Assembly: GCA_030641525.1 (NCBI GenBank)
Contig: DAOWHH010000010.1
Span: 1 to 59,697 of the forward strand
Length of the DNA stretch: 59,697 nt
Source of the DNA: a bacterium
GTDB taxonomy: Bacteria > Patescibacteriota > Minisyncoccia > Phycocordibacterales > UBA12079
Direction of reading: 5' to 3'
In this document: piece by piece, positions 1 through 8,443 of the stretch
Layout: every line of letters begins with the position of its first letter
Numbering within the stretch: position 1 is the stretch's first letter
Notes under the pieces: generated by a model
The model's database searches: none
Told to the model about the DNA's origin: nothing
What the model saw: only the letters and a program-made list of their open reading frames with translations
Made by a program: the position numbers and the translations under genes

Positions 1-1
1 A

Positions 2-139
2 ATAGATAATTATGAAGCGACATTAAAAAAGTTTTATAAAGAAAAAAATTTTATTAGACTACAACCCGCAAATAAAACAATTGGGCCAATTATCCTTAAA
101 AAGGATAGAGAGTTAATAATACAAGGTATTGTTATTGAT
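2..139 (+). CDS. LexA/S24-peptidase-like C-terminal segment (5'-partial), reading frame continuous with the downstream methyltransferase
   Basis: Frame 2 is open from nt 2, with no stop before the GTG at 140. The translated tail FIRLQPANKTIGPIILKKDRELIIQGIVIDVIKN fits the conserved C-terminal strands of LexA/S24 peptidases (L-x-P-x-N...P-I...I-x-G-x-V-x-x-V-I-K/R-N). The catalytic Ser/Lys would lie off-window. Confidence 0.35.
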
Positions 140-1087
140 GTGATAAAAAATGAGAAAGAAATACAAGCAAAAAATCTTTTAGTAAACAAAGAAGTGAAAA
201 GAACTAGGAAACTTCCTTTAAACAAAATTATTTTAGGTGATGCGATAAAAGAATTAAAGAAATTACCGAATGAAAGTTGTGATGTGATTATTATTGATCC
301 ACCTTATAACATTGGAAAAAATTTTGGAAATAATTTAGATAAACGAGAACTGAATGAATATGTTTCTTGGTGTAAAGAATGGATAAATGAGTCGATTCGC
401 GTAATGAAACCTACGGGGACAATGTTTATTTATGGCTTTAGTGAAATACTTGCCTATCTTTCAGTTGAGATTCCAATAAACAAACGTTGGCTTATCTGGC
501 ATTATACAAATAAAAATGTTGCCTCATTAAATTTTTGGCAAAGAAGCCATGAAGCAATAATTTGTGTATGGAAAGATAAACCTGTTTTTAATAAAGATGA
601 TGTAAGAGAGCCGTATACTAAAGGTTTTTTAAATGGAGCTGCTGGTAAAGTAAGAAAAGGAACTGCTGGGCGATTTAGTAGTGGTGGAAAAGAAACTATT
701 TATAAAGCACACGAAAGAGGAGCTTTACCTCGTGATGTAATAAAAATACCAGCTTTAGCTGGTGGTGCAGGAATGAATGAAAGATGGTTTATATGTAAAA
801 CTTGTAAGGGGCAAGTATTTGAGCCAAGAGAACTTAAAAAACATATTGGTCACGAAATAATCAAACACCCCACACAGAAACCGTTTGTTTTGTCGCGAAA
901 ATTAGTAATGTCTGCTATGCCAAAAAAAGATGGAGTTGTTCTAGTTCCTTTTGTTGGTACAGGTTCTGAGTGTGTAGCCGCGAAAGAATTAGGGCAATCT
1001 TATATTGGATTTGAGATAAATCCTGACTATATAAAACTTGCTGAAAAATATTTAAAAAATACAAAATATACCTCTAAATTATTTTAG
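140..1087 (+). CDS. Type II DNA methyltransferase, beta-class N6-adenine/N4-cytosine (N6_N4_Mtase family)
   Basis: IIIDPPYNIG (motif IV) lies near the N-terminus, followed by HPTQKP and a C-terminal VLVPFVGTGSECVAAKELGQSYIGFEINPDY (AdoMet motif I). This is the beta-class motif order. No in-frame ATG lies near the N-terminus; GTG140 is the track start, but the frame stays open to the window edge. Confidence 0.9.
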   Translation: MIKNEKEIQAKNLLVNKEVKRTRKLPLNKIILGDAIKELKKLPNESCDVIIIDPPYNIGKNFGNNLDKRELNEYVSWCKEWINESIRVMKPTGTMFIYGFSEILAYLSVEIPINKRWLIWHYTNKNVASLNFWQRSHEAIICVWKDKPVFNKDDVREPYTKGFLNGAAGKVRKGTAGRFSSGGKETIYKAHERGALPRDVIKIPALAGGAGMNERWFICKTCKGQVFEPRELKKHIGHEIIKHPTQKPFVLSRKLVMSAMPKKDGVVLVPFVGTGSECVAAKELGQSYIGFEINPDYIKLAEKYLKNTKYTSKLF

Positions 1088-1771
1088 AGAATTATTTATT
1101 TCTTCTTTCTTTTCTTCAAAGGTATAAGGAGTAAAAATCACAAAACCATTTTCAAAAGCTTTTGTCCTTTTGTCTTCTAAAAATCTTAAATAAGGTTTTC
1201 TAAATTCTCCTTTCTTTGTTTTTGGATCAGATAGACAGGTTGGTACTTCATATTTAATATCAATAGATTCTCCGTTTAACTTATTTTTTCTCGGTAACGG
1301 TTTCCTACTCATTACTCCGCTGTGACTTGTCTTTTTAACCTGATAATTTAAAAAGTGCTCTTTATATTCCACTCTTATATCAGCTCCTTGATGGTCCAAT
1401 TCTTTTGACATCAAAACTGTTCCCTCACCGAAAACAGATTCAGCGACATACCCAGCGTGTATTTGTGTAATAATACTAGCCCAAGTTCTGTAAATTCTGG
1501 CAGGCAAACCTCTATAAAAACAATCCTCACACATTGTAATTTTAATTCTAAAATTTTCAATATTTTCTCTGTATAAGTTTAAATATTCTTTATAAAAATC
1601 TTCATAGTCTAAAAAACTTTTATTGTCCCAATAAACCTTATAAAGAAGTTCAATAGCTTGTATGTCTTCTGGTAAATCCATTTCAACGAGTTTAATAGCC
1701 CTATATTTTTTTCTATAAGCAACAAGATCTATTGATTTTAAAAACTTTTCAAATTTTTCGTCTAAAACCAT
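1079..1771 (-). CDS. Type II restriction endonuclease, TaqI-like family
   Basis: 230 aa. From memory of the R.TaqI sequence it aligns along its whole length (FEKFLKSIDL..YRKKYRAIK.VE.DLP; GLPARIYRTWASIITQIH; ELDHQGADI; YQVKK; ENGFVIF). It converges on the methyltransferase and overlaps its 3' end by 9 nt. Confidence 0.7.
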   Translation of the reverse strand: MVLDEKFEKFLKSIDLVAYRKKYRAIKLVEMDLPEDIQAIELLYKVYWDNKSFLDYEDFYKEYLNLYRENIENFRIKITMCEDCFYRGLPARIYRTWASIITQIHAGYVAESVFGEGTVLMSKELDHQGADIRVEYKEHFLNYQVKKTSHSGVMSRKPLPRKNKLNGESIDIKYEVPTCLSDPKTKKGEFRKPYLRFLEDKRTKAFENGFVIFTPYTFEEKKEEINNSLK

Positions 1772-1782
1772 ATATTTTAACT

Positions 1783-2061
1783 TTAAAATTGACCATCAAT
1801 ATTATTTCTCAACCAATCCCAAGCTTTCTGTGGTAACCATCCTTTATAATTATCATTAGTAATTTCAATAACTAATAAACTATCATTATTGTCAATTTCT
1901 ATTTTTATCCTATTTGTGAAGGTTGTTATGTCCTCACTGCTTTTAACAAGCCATGTTGAATCTAGGTAGTGCCACCACGCACCTCTAGATTTTAAGGCAT
2001 TATAAAGCTCAGTGTAATTTTGCTGAGGTCTATTTAAATCATAAGTAATAAGATATAACAT
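1783..2061 (-). CDS. Small hypothetical protein (92 aa), directly upstream of the endonuclease
   Basis: Clean ORF 11 nt upstream of the REase start on the same strand. The N-terminus MLYLITYDLNRP..Y..LY..LKS.GAWWHYLDSTWLV is loosely reminiscent of Cas2-like ferredoxin-fold proteins. That resemblance is speculative. Confidence 0.55.
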   Translation of the reverse strand: MLYLITYDLNRPQQNYTELYNALKSRGAWWHYLDSTWLVKSSEDITTFTNRIKIEIDNNDSLLVIEITNDNYKGWLPQKAWDWLRNNIDGQF

Positions 2062-2084
2062 TGTTTCAAAATATATTAATTTGT

Positions 2085-2420
2085 TTAGTGATCCTTTTTT
2101 GGTACACTTTTCATTTCAGATTCTGTCAGTAATACTTCAACTTTTCCTGGTTCATTTTCTCCATATAATTTTCCTTCATCAGCTAAATGTCCTTCTTCTC
2201 CAAATGTTAGATTCTTAGGTTTGTTCCAAACTAATAAGAATACTATTGTTACGACAAGGACAAAAAGACCCGCTCCTATTAACATTCCCAAAAGTTTACC
2301 GTTTGGTGTAAGTCCAGAATAAATTAGCACAATACCCAAAAAACCTTCTACGGTTAGTAAAGACAATGCGAAAAATCCCAGTGGAGAATTTATTGTTTTT
2401 AATATTGATACTCTTGTCAT
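2085..2420 (-). CDS. Small membrane protein (2 predicted TM helices, acidic C-terminal tail)
   Basis: Two hydrophobic stretches (FFALSLLTVEGFLGIVLIY; LLGMLIGAGLFVLVVTIVFLLV). First gene of the same-strand run 2420->1079. Confidence 0.55.
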   Translation of the reverse strand: MTRVSILKTINSPLGFFALSLLTVEGFLGIVLIYSGLTPNGKLLGMLIGAGLFVLVVTIVFLLVWNKPKNLTFGEEGHLADEGKLYGENEPGKVEVLLTESEMKSVPKKDH

Positions 2421-2478
2421 ATTTTATAAACTTCATATGGAATAATTTATACGTGTCGTTTACCACCAAAATTGAGTG

Positions 2479-2551
<73 letters not shown>

Positions 2552-2676
2552 ATATTATGTATTCTATTATAAAGAATACTGCGTACATTTTACACAAAAA
2601 ACCCAAAGATGTAAATATTAGAGAGAAATGCACCTCTAAAACAATCCCTTTTTATTTTTATGTTAAAATTAAATGT

Positions 2677-3165
2677 ATGAAACTAAAGGCTAATTTATCA
2701 AAAACAATCGCAGACTCCTATATTGTTCTACTCTCAATATTTATTGCCACATTTTTTATAATAAATGAATATTTTGATTTAGAATTAGGTCCTGAAATTA
2801 TATTACCAATCACAGTATTTCTTACACTAATTTCAATTATCTTACAAAGAAAAATAAATATTTTTGATTACATATTATTACCGGTAATTATTTTTGATGG
2901 ATTTTTTCATCTAACATCCCCTCTTGAGCGTTTAGTTGAAAATTCACCAGACTGGGTTATCGCTTTCAATTTATATCAAGGTAATGGTATGCCTGTTATT
3001 GGGCACCAAATAATAGGAGCTTTCCTATTACTTACAAGTGGGTGTTTCATTTATCTTCTAATCTCGAAAAAAAAGAATTGGACATATTTTATATATAAAT
3101 ACGCAATTGTAACCATAACACTCACCATAATTTCATTTAGTTATTTAATTAAATTATTAGAATAA
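2677..3165 (+). CDS. Polytopic membrane protein, hypothetical
   Basis: The track ORF starts at 2557, right against the tRNA. The ATG at 2677 (MKLKANLSK...) is the more plausible start. Four to five hydrophobic helices. Confidence 0.55.
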   Translation: MKLKANLSKTIADSYIVLLSIFIATFFIINEYFDLELGPEIILPITVFLTLISIILQRKINIFDYILLPVIIFDGFFHLTSPLERLVENSPDWVIAFNLYQGNGMPVIGHQIIGAFLLLTSGCFIYLLISKKKNWTYFIYKYAIVTITLTIISFSYLIKLLE

Positions 3166-3270
3166 ATATCATAATATCTTTATAATAAATTTATCTAATT
3201 TAGTGTATAATTATTATTGACTAGTGTATAATTATTATTAATTATTATTAATTTAAAATATATAAAAAAT

Positions 3271-3858
3271 ATGATAAAAACTTTTATAGCATTATTCATC
3301 TTTACTTTGTTCGTAATTCCTGTTTTTAGCAATGCTCAGCAAAATCAATTAGGTGTACATGAACCAGGAACAGGTTTAATTGATCCTGAATTAAAGGCTA
3401 CAACACAGGAAGAAAATAGACAGGAAGATTTTTCACAAAAAGCGATTTCTAGAAGAAGTCGTGTTGCTAATAGTGTTCAAGAGATAGAAAGAATAGCAAC
3501 AAGAAATGCAGGAATAGGAAATCAAATTAGAGTCATTGCTCAAAATCAAAATCAAAATCAAGAACAAATGGAAAATTCTTTAGAGATTGCACAACAAAGG
3601 AAAGGTTTTACTAAATTTTTAATAGGTCCAAATTATGGACAATTAAAAGATACAGAGGAAAGATTAGAAAACCACAATCAAAATTTGGAAGAATTAAAAG
3701 GTTTGCGAGATCAAATTCAGGTTTCTAGTGATCAAATTTTACTAGACCAACAGATTCAAGTAATGGAAGATATTAAGCTTGAATTAGAAGGAGCAATAGG
3801 AGAAGAACAAAAAGGTTTTTCCCTATTTGGCTGGTTAAATAGATTAAGGGCTAGATAA
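3271..3858 (+). CDS. Secreted coiled-coil protein, hypothetical
   Basis: N-terminal signal-like segment (FIALFIFTLFVIPVFSNAQ) followed by a Q/E/N-rich heptad-like sequence. Confidence 0.65.
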   Translation: MIKTFIALFIFTLFVIPVFSNAQQNQLGVHEPGTGLIDPELKATTQEENRQEDFSQKAISRRSRVANSVQEIERIATRNAGIGNQIRVIAQNQNQNQEQMENSLEIAQQRKGFTKFLIGPNYGQLKDTEERLENHNQNLEELKGLRDQIQVSSDQILLDQQIQVMEDIKLELEGAIGEEQKGFSLFGWLNRLRAR

Positions 3859-3959
3859 TTGAAAGACTCTTCATTTATCTTTAAAATCTCCGGAGACTCA
3901 GTCTCTCTACATTTTCAAAAACTCCATATCTGAGACATCTTATTGATTATATTATTAAA

Positions 3960-3987
3960 ATAACCTTATTTTTAAGGTTATTTTTTT
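3960..3987 (+). terminator. Stem-loop plus T-run
   Basis: ATAACCTT-(loop)-AAGGTTAT followed by TTTTTTT. Confidence 0.45.
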
Positions 3988-4009
3988 ATTGAATAAAGAT
4001 GAATGTGTG

Positions 4010-4038
4010 TTGACATACAATCAATATATTTATATAAT
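4010..4038 (+). promoter_or_regulatory. Consensus sigma70-type promoter
   Basis: TTGACA (4010-4015), 17-nt spacer, TATAAT (4033-4038). It lies about 58 nt upstream of the ATG at 4096. Confidence 0.55.
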
Positions 4039-4095
4039 TAATGTTAAGATTTAATTTGTTATTTTCCAAAAACAATTAACAAGAGGAAGAAAATT

Positions 4096-4224
4096 ATGTT
4101 GCCTTTTCTTATCTATCGTCATCCACAGAAAAAGATTTCAACAACAATCATTTATCCTCAATATTCTGTTGAAGAGCTTCACAGAAGAAAAAAAAGAGTA
4201 AATTTACCAAAAAAACTTCCTTAA
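4096..4224 (+). CDS. Small ORF, 42 aa (MLPFLIYRHPQKKISTTIIYPQYSVEELHRRKKRVNLPKKLP)
   Basis: Not in the ORF track (<60 aa). It has an AAGAGGAAG Shine-Dalgarno 6-7 nt upstream of the ATG, a consensus promoter upstream and a hairpin plus T-run downstream. Confidence 0.45.
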   Translation: MLPFLIYRHPQKKISTTIIYPQYSVEELHRRKKRVNLPKKLP

Positions 4225-4237
4225 ATCGTTCAACAGA

Positions 4238-4265
4238 AACCGTTTCTGTCTGGACGGTTTTTTAT
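4238..4265 (+). terminator. Intrinsic terminator candidate
   Basis: AACCGT-(10 nt)-ACGGTT followed by TTTTTATTT. Confidence 0.45.
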
Positions 4266-4289
4266 TTCAAACAAAAGTTCATACACTGT

Positions 4290-4320
4290 AAACCTGTGGA
4301 GATCCAATCTCCACAGGTTT
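4290..4320. repeat. Palindromic element, variant of the GGAG palindrome family
   Basis: AAACCTGTGGAGAT-CCAA-TCTCCACAGGTTT, a 13-14 bp stem. The same CTGTGGAGAT arm occurs at 41663. Confidence 0.7.
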
Positions 4321-4585
4321 AAAAAATCAGTATAATTCCCTAAAACTAAACCCCAATCCCCTTTTTAATAAATTTTCTGATATAATTTAATCATTCAAAC
4401 AACCGAGCCTATTCCTAACAATATAATATTTAAACAAAATTAAGAACAATTAAATGAATCTAATAAAAACAAAATCCAACAAATAGGCATATCAGGCAGA
4501 GGTATTGCTTACACACTAAAAAATATTCAATAAATTTCCACACCCCACTCTTGATTTTTGTTTATTTATAGGTTATATTACAGAT

Positions 4586-4677
4586 GTTACTTGGATGGGC
4601 TTGCCCTCTCACGGTCAATGTTTTTCCAAACCGTAGCCAAGTAATAACAAAATACATCGCTTAGGCGATGTTTTTTG
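4586..4677 (+). ncRNA. Candidate small structured RNA (unclassified)
   Basis: TTGATT (4551)-17 nt-TATATT (4574) lies upstream. A GC-enriched three-stem fold follows: UUACUUGG/CCAAGUAA, GGG-CUUG-CCC, ACGGU/ACCGU. The hairpin ACATCGC-TTAG-GCGATGT plus T6 comes next. That terminator is bidirectional and also serves the convergent gene at 4681. Confidence 0.3.
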
Positions 4678-4680
4678 TTG

Positions 4681-5154
4681 CTAATCTTCTTCTGGATTTC
4701 CATTATGTATTTTCCTAGTACCGTTTTCCTTGTTCATTTTCCAAAATGGAATAATACTCCAAAAATATTTAGGAGAATCACCAATTTGTTTTATGACTAC
4801 CCTAGCTCTGATCCCATCAATAACAGCTATAAATTCGAAATATTGAGCATTAACCATTTTATGTTCGTTTCTGTTATTAATCCTTAATAATTCAAAAACT
4901 TTTCTTCCCGAAATACCTTGAATTGTTTTGGAAGATTTAATTATTTGTGGAGCTAAATATAATAATCTAAGACGAATAAACTGATCTTCTAAATTACGAG
5001 CAGAATTTTTTTTCTTAAATTTTAAATGTTCCAAACCTTTTGCATTAAAAATTATTTTTTCTTGAAAATATGGACATAAAACAGGTACAAGGTTTTTATA
5101 AAATCCTTCCGCTTTTAATTTTTCCTTTTTAAATTTTTCTTTGTCTATTTTCAT
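4681..5154 (-). CDS. Hypothetical protein (157 aa)
   Basis: Clean ORF. No family recognised. Confidence 0.65.
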   Translation of the reverse strand: MKIDKEKFKKEKLKAEGFYKNLVPVLCPYFQEKIIFNAKGLEHLKFKKKNSARNLEDQFIRLRLLYLAPQIIKSSKTIQGISGRKVFELLRINNRNEHKMVNAQYFEFIAVIDGIRARVVIKQIGDSPKYFWSIIPFWKMNKENGTRKIHNGNPEED

Positions 5155-5405
5155 TGTTATAATTTATTTAAATAAATTATAACAAATTTAAAATTTTAAA
5201 CTTATTTCTTAACTCCTAAACCATTAAAATATTTCGAACAATATTTGGAAGTTCAGTCTTTGGCTTATAAAAACTCTGAAAATATCACAAATCACCCAAA
5301 ATCCCCCCAATTCTACCCGATTCCCATCTGTTTAATTCGGAGAGGTCTGGAGAGGTTGAACTTTTCCAGATTCCTCTTTGGATTATTTTTTGATATCATT
5401 TAAGA

Positions 5406-6167
5406 ATGAAAAAAATAAAAACAAAAGCCATCATAACAGCTCTGTCCCTCCTACTTGCCTCTTCAGGAATTATTGGCTACAAAATAGTCAAAACAAAAAA
5501 TTATGGAGGAACATCAGAAAACCTTCACAAAGTCTTGAGAGTAATTGACGGAGACACTTTTGAAGTAGCAGGTACTTCAGAAAAAGATGACAATGTAGTT
5601 ATCAGAATACTAAACACATCAGCTCCTGAAAAATACGAATGCTATTTTAAAGAATCAACCGATTTTCTAAAAGATCTAATCCAAGACAAAGAAGTCCGTT
5701 TAGAAAAAGACATATCAGGAACAGATAATTTCGGACGCTTATTAAGACATGTCTTTGTCCCATCAGATTCAGAGGAAGAAGATAATCTATTAATCAGTCA
5801 ATACCTAATAGAAAACGGTTTCGCTAAAGCTATTCCTACCCCACCTGATTTCAGATACAAAACACATTTGGCCAATGTAGAAAACAAAGCTTCAAAAAAC
5901 GATTTAGGGATTTGGGGAAATTGCCAAGGACAATTACCTCACGATTTTCAAGAAGGAGTTGATGAACAACCCAAGTATCCAAATTGCATCATTAAAGGAA
6001 ATATATCAACAAATGGTGGATTAAGATGGTTATATTACACTCCCGATTGCTCAAATTATACCCAAACCAAAATTAATACCGAAAAAGGAGAAGCCTATTT
6101 CTGCACCGAAGAAGAAGCTCAAAATGCTGGTTTTACTCGCTCTCCTTCTTGTGATAATTCTTTTTAA
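5406..6167 (+). CDS. Membrane-anchored thermonuclease (staphylococcal nuclease homologue) with Cys-containing C-terminal extension
   Basis: N-terminal TM segment. SNase-like motifs are present: VLRVIDGDTFEV, IRILNTSAPE, GRLLRHVF, ENGFAKA. The C-terminal IKGNIS..G...YYTPDC..Y..T.I....GE.YFCTEEEAQNAGF motif is typical of secreted nucleases. Confidence 0.85.
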   Translation: MKKIKTKAIITALSLLLASSGIIGYKIVKTKNYGGTSENLHKVLRVIDGDTFEVAGTSEKDDNVVIRILNTSAPEKYECYFKESTDFLKDLIQDKEVRLEKDISGTDNFGRLLRHVFVPSDSEEEDNLLISQYLIENGFAKAIPTPPDFRYKTHLANVENKASKNDLGIWGNCQGQLPHDFQEGVDEQPKYPNCIIKGNISTNGGLRWLYYTPDCSNYTQTKINTEKGEAYFCTEEEAQNAGFTRSPSCDNSF

Positions 6168-6265
6168 AATTTCTTAAGGAATTTATTGACAAATATATCT
6201 ATATATAATATATTTTATCTACGCAAGTAAATTATTTCAAGAACCATATAAACCAAAGGGGAAAA

Positions 6266-6565
6266 ATGGAAGTAGTAGAAATAACGAATAAGAGCTCTTC
6301 TCCTGTAATTGCTGTGGCTTGGACTTTTGAAAAAGGCTTAGGTGATGAGGTTAAAGTTGACCCAAACGAAACAAAAACAGTTTCCATTTCTTATCTTGGC
6401 ATATATATAGAAGTTCCTAAAAAAATAATTTGTCATGAATTAAAAAATGAAGATAATTGTTATCAGGTTTTAAAAGGAAAACAAATAAGTCTTTATATCA
6501 AAAACACTGAATGTTATATAACTATTCGTCATCATTCTGAATCAATGGGAATTGGTATTGGTTAA
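6266..6565 (+). CDS. Hypothetical protein (99 aa)
   Basis: AAAGGGG SD. TTGACA-17-TATATT promoter at 6186-6214. A strong terminator follows. Confidence 0.6.
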   Translation: MEVVEITNKSSSPVIAVAWTFEKGLGDEVKVDPNETKTVSISYLGIYIEVPKKIICHELKNEDNCYQVLKGKQISLYIKNTECYITIRHHSESMGIGIG

Positions 6566-6571
6566 ACAAAA

Positions 6572-6614
6572 TCGTTCGGTAGAAATTGGGTAATTTCTAC
6601 CGAACGACTTTTTG
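6572..6614 (+). terminator. 16-bp stem terminator, copy A of a repeated hairpin
   Basis: TCGTTCGGTAGAAATT-GGGT-AATTTCTACCGAACGA followed by CTTTTTG. Confidence 0.75.
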
Positions 6615-6767
6615 TTTATTTCTCAGCTCCCCATTTTCAAAAATCCCATATCCGAAGTCCCAGATTCTATTTTATTGACTTTCATAATAAAAGATGTTAA
6701 AAACAATTAAATCTTTATTTTTTATAAATGAATTGTTCTGTTCAAATTAAACTAAAATGAGGAAATT

Positions 6768-6998
6768 ATGGGAACAAGATTTAGAAGTGATATAGATGAT
6801 ATAATGGTTTGTATCGGACATTTCCAGCAATTTGATCAAGGGGAAGAAATAAATAAGATTTTATCTACAGATCAAAATCTACAACCTGGAGATCTGGTGA
6901 ATTGGTATTGTGGTCAATTCAGCGGTCTCCTAGAGGTTGTAGAATGTGAAAATCCATCAGGAAGCCAACAATTTGTTACAATCAAAAAGATTAATTGA
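6768..6998 (+). CDS. Hypothetical protein (76 aa)
   Basis: GAGGAA SD upstream of the ATG. Terminator at 7023. Confidence 0.55.
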   Translation: MGTRFRSDIDDIMVCIGHFQQFDQGEEINKILSTDQNLQPGDLVNWYCGQFSGLLEVVECENPSGSQQFVTIKKIN

Positions 6999-7022
6999 TG
7001 GATGTTTCCATCAACAATATAT

Positions 7023-7047
7023 CCGCCTTTAATTAAGGCGGGTTTTT
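7023..7047 (+). terminator. Intrinsic terminator
   Basis: CCGCCTT-(5 nt)-AAGGCGG followed by TTTTTT. Confidence 0.65.
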
Positions 7048-7161
7048 TATTTAATAATAACTCTCATTTGATTTATATAAAATACAATGTTAACTTATTA
7101 TATAAGTTTAATATATTGTTCGTAAAATCTTGAAATAACTTTTTAAAAAGGAGCTTTAAGA

Positions 7162-7365
7162 ATGAGTAGAAAAAAAAGGGGTAAACACACAGATCCTGAG
7201 AGAATAACACAGGCTCTTGATAATGCTATTGTGCAATTAAAAGCTTTAGAAGAAAAAATAAAAAATTGCTCATTAAATAAAAAAACGCTTTATCAAAATG
7301 ATCTTAGCCGTTTACGTAATGAAACAATTCCTAAGCTAAAAAAACAAAAAGCAAAAATAGCATAA
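7162..7365 (+). CDS. Hypothetical basic coiled-coil protein (67 aa)
   Basis: AAGGAG SD 8 nt upstream. Terminator at 7398. Confidence 0.55.
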   Translation: MSRKKRGKHTDPERITQALDNAIVQLKALEEKIKNCSLNKKTLYQNDLSRLRNETIPKLKKQKAKIA

Positions 7366-7397
7366 GCTCCGGAGGTCATATTTCCAGAAGAAATACA

Positions 7398-7441
7398 ATC
7401 GTTCGGTAGAAATTACCCAATTTCTACCGAACGATTTTTTA
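7398..7441 (+). terminator. 17-bp stem terminator, copy B (inverted copy of 6572-6607)
   Basis: ATCGTTCGGTAGAAATT-ACCC-AATTTCTACCGAACGAT followed by T6. The ACCC loop is the reverse complement of the GGGT loop in copy A. Confidence 0.75.
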
Positions 7442-7530
7442 TTTATCTGCAGAAATTCAACTTCTGTATTTGTAAAAACACCAAATAGATATATCCATTT
7501 GGTGTTTTGTTTTAAATATCTTTAAAGAAT

Positions 7531-8427
7531 CTAGTTGATAACATTACCTCCTGCCTCACGAATCTGATCGCGTAATTTCTTGGCTTCAAGGGCTGCTGCT
7601 TCAGCATAATCTTCTCCATCACTAGCAAAGATAATTCCTGAAGAAGAATTGATTGCTATTGAACCAGCTCCCATAAAGGATGCTCTTATTGTTTCCTCAA
7701 TAAACCCACCTTGTGTTCCAATTCCGGGAATAAGTAACCATAATTTATCTCCTACTAATTCTCGGATTCTTTTGAGATGGTAGGAAAAAATTTTTCCAGA
7801 CCCTTTTGGCTTTTCGTAAGCCGCTGCCATAACTAATCCAGCATTTTCCACTACACCGAGATCTTCTGCCCATTTGAGTATCTTTTTAGCCATGAATTCC
7901 CAATAAGGATAACCGGATGGTAATGACACATCTTGAACTTCTCTTGCTGACGGATTACTTGTATAACAAAGACCGACAATAGCCCTTCCTATATTTTCGG
8001 GATCGATGAGAAATTCCATACAATCCTTACCCATATATGGATTGAAATTCATGCCATCAACACCATCTAAATCAAATTGAGCAGTTCGATAACACTTCTG
8101 CGTCCTTCCAATATCACCACGTTTACAGTCGAGAAAAACGGGAATGTTTTTGTAAAACGAATGGATGTAATTAACGATTCCTCGAAGAACTTCTTCTCCA
8201 TTTGGAGTAGCTTCATAATGAGCTCTTTGAAGTTTAAACATTGAAGTAAATGGAGCTGTATTGTCTATAATCCGATACATCCAGAATCTAATTATTTTCC
8301 AAATATATCTTTGTCCTTCAGGGATACATTTAGGAAGTTTTTCTGGTAGAGGATCAAGTCCTACACACACCAACGAATTTATCTCTTTCTGTCTTTCTGT
8401 AAGCATTTTTCGAAATTCCATAATCAT
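7531..8427 (-). CDS. pyrF: Orotidine 5'-phosphate decarboxylase (type 2)
   Basis: VCVGLDP and FLDCKRGDIGRTQ motifs. 16 nt downstream of the pyrE-like gene on the same strand. Confidence 0.85.
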   Translation of the reverse strand: MIMEFRKMLTERQKEINSLVCVGLDPLPEKLPKCIPEGQRYIWKIIRFWMYRIIDNTAPFTSMFKLQRAHYEATPNGEEVLRGIVNYIHSFYKNIPVFLDCKRGDIGRTQKCYRTAQFDLDGVDGMNFNPYMGKDCMEFLIDPENIGRAIVGLCYTSNPSAREVQDVSLPSGYPYWEFMAKKILKWAEDLGVVENAGLVMAAAYEKPKGSGKIFSYHLKRIRELVGDKLWLLIPGIGTQGGFIEETIRASFMGAGSIAINSSSGIIFASDGEDYAEAAALEAKKLRDQIREAGGNVIN

Positions 8428-8443
8428 TTACCTCCTTTGCTTG

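Noticed and set aside
4586-4650. Hammerhead or other small self-cleaving ribozyme in the three-way junction.
   Set aside because: The junction strands (AU, UCU, AG) do not contain the CUGAnGA / GAAA core.
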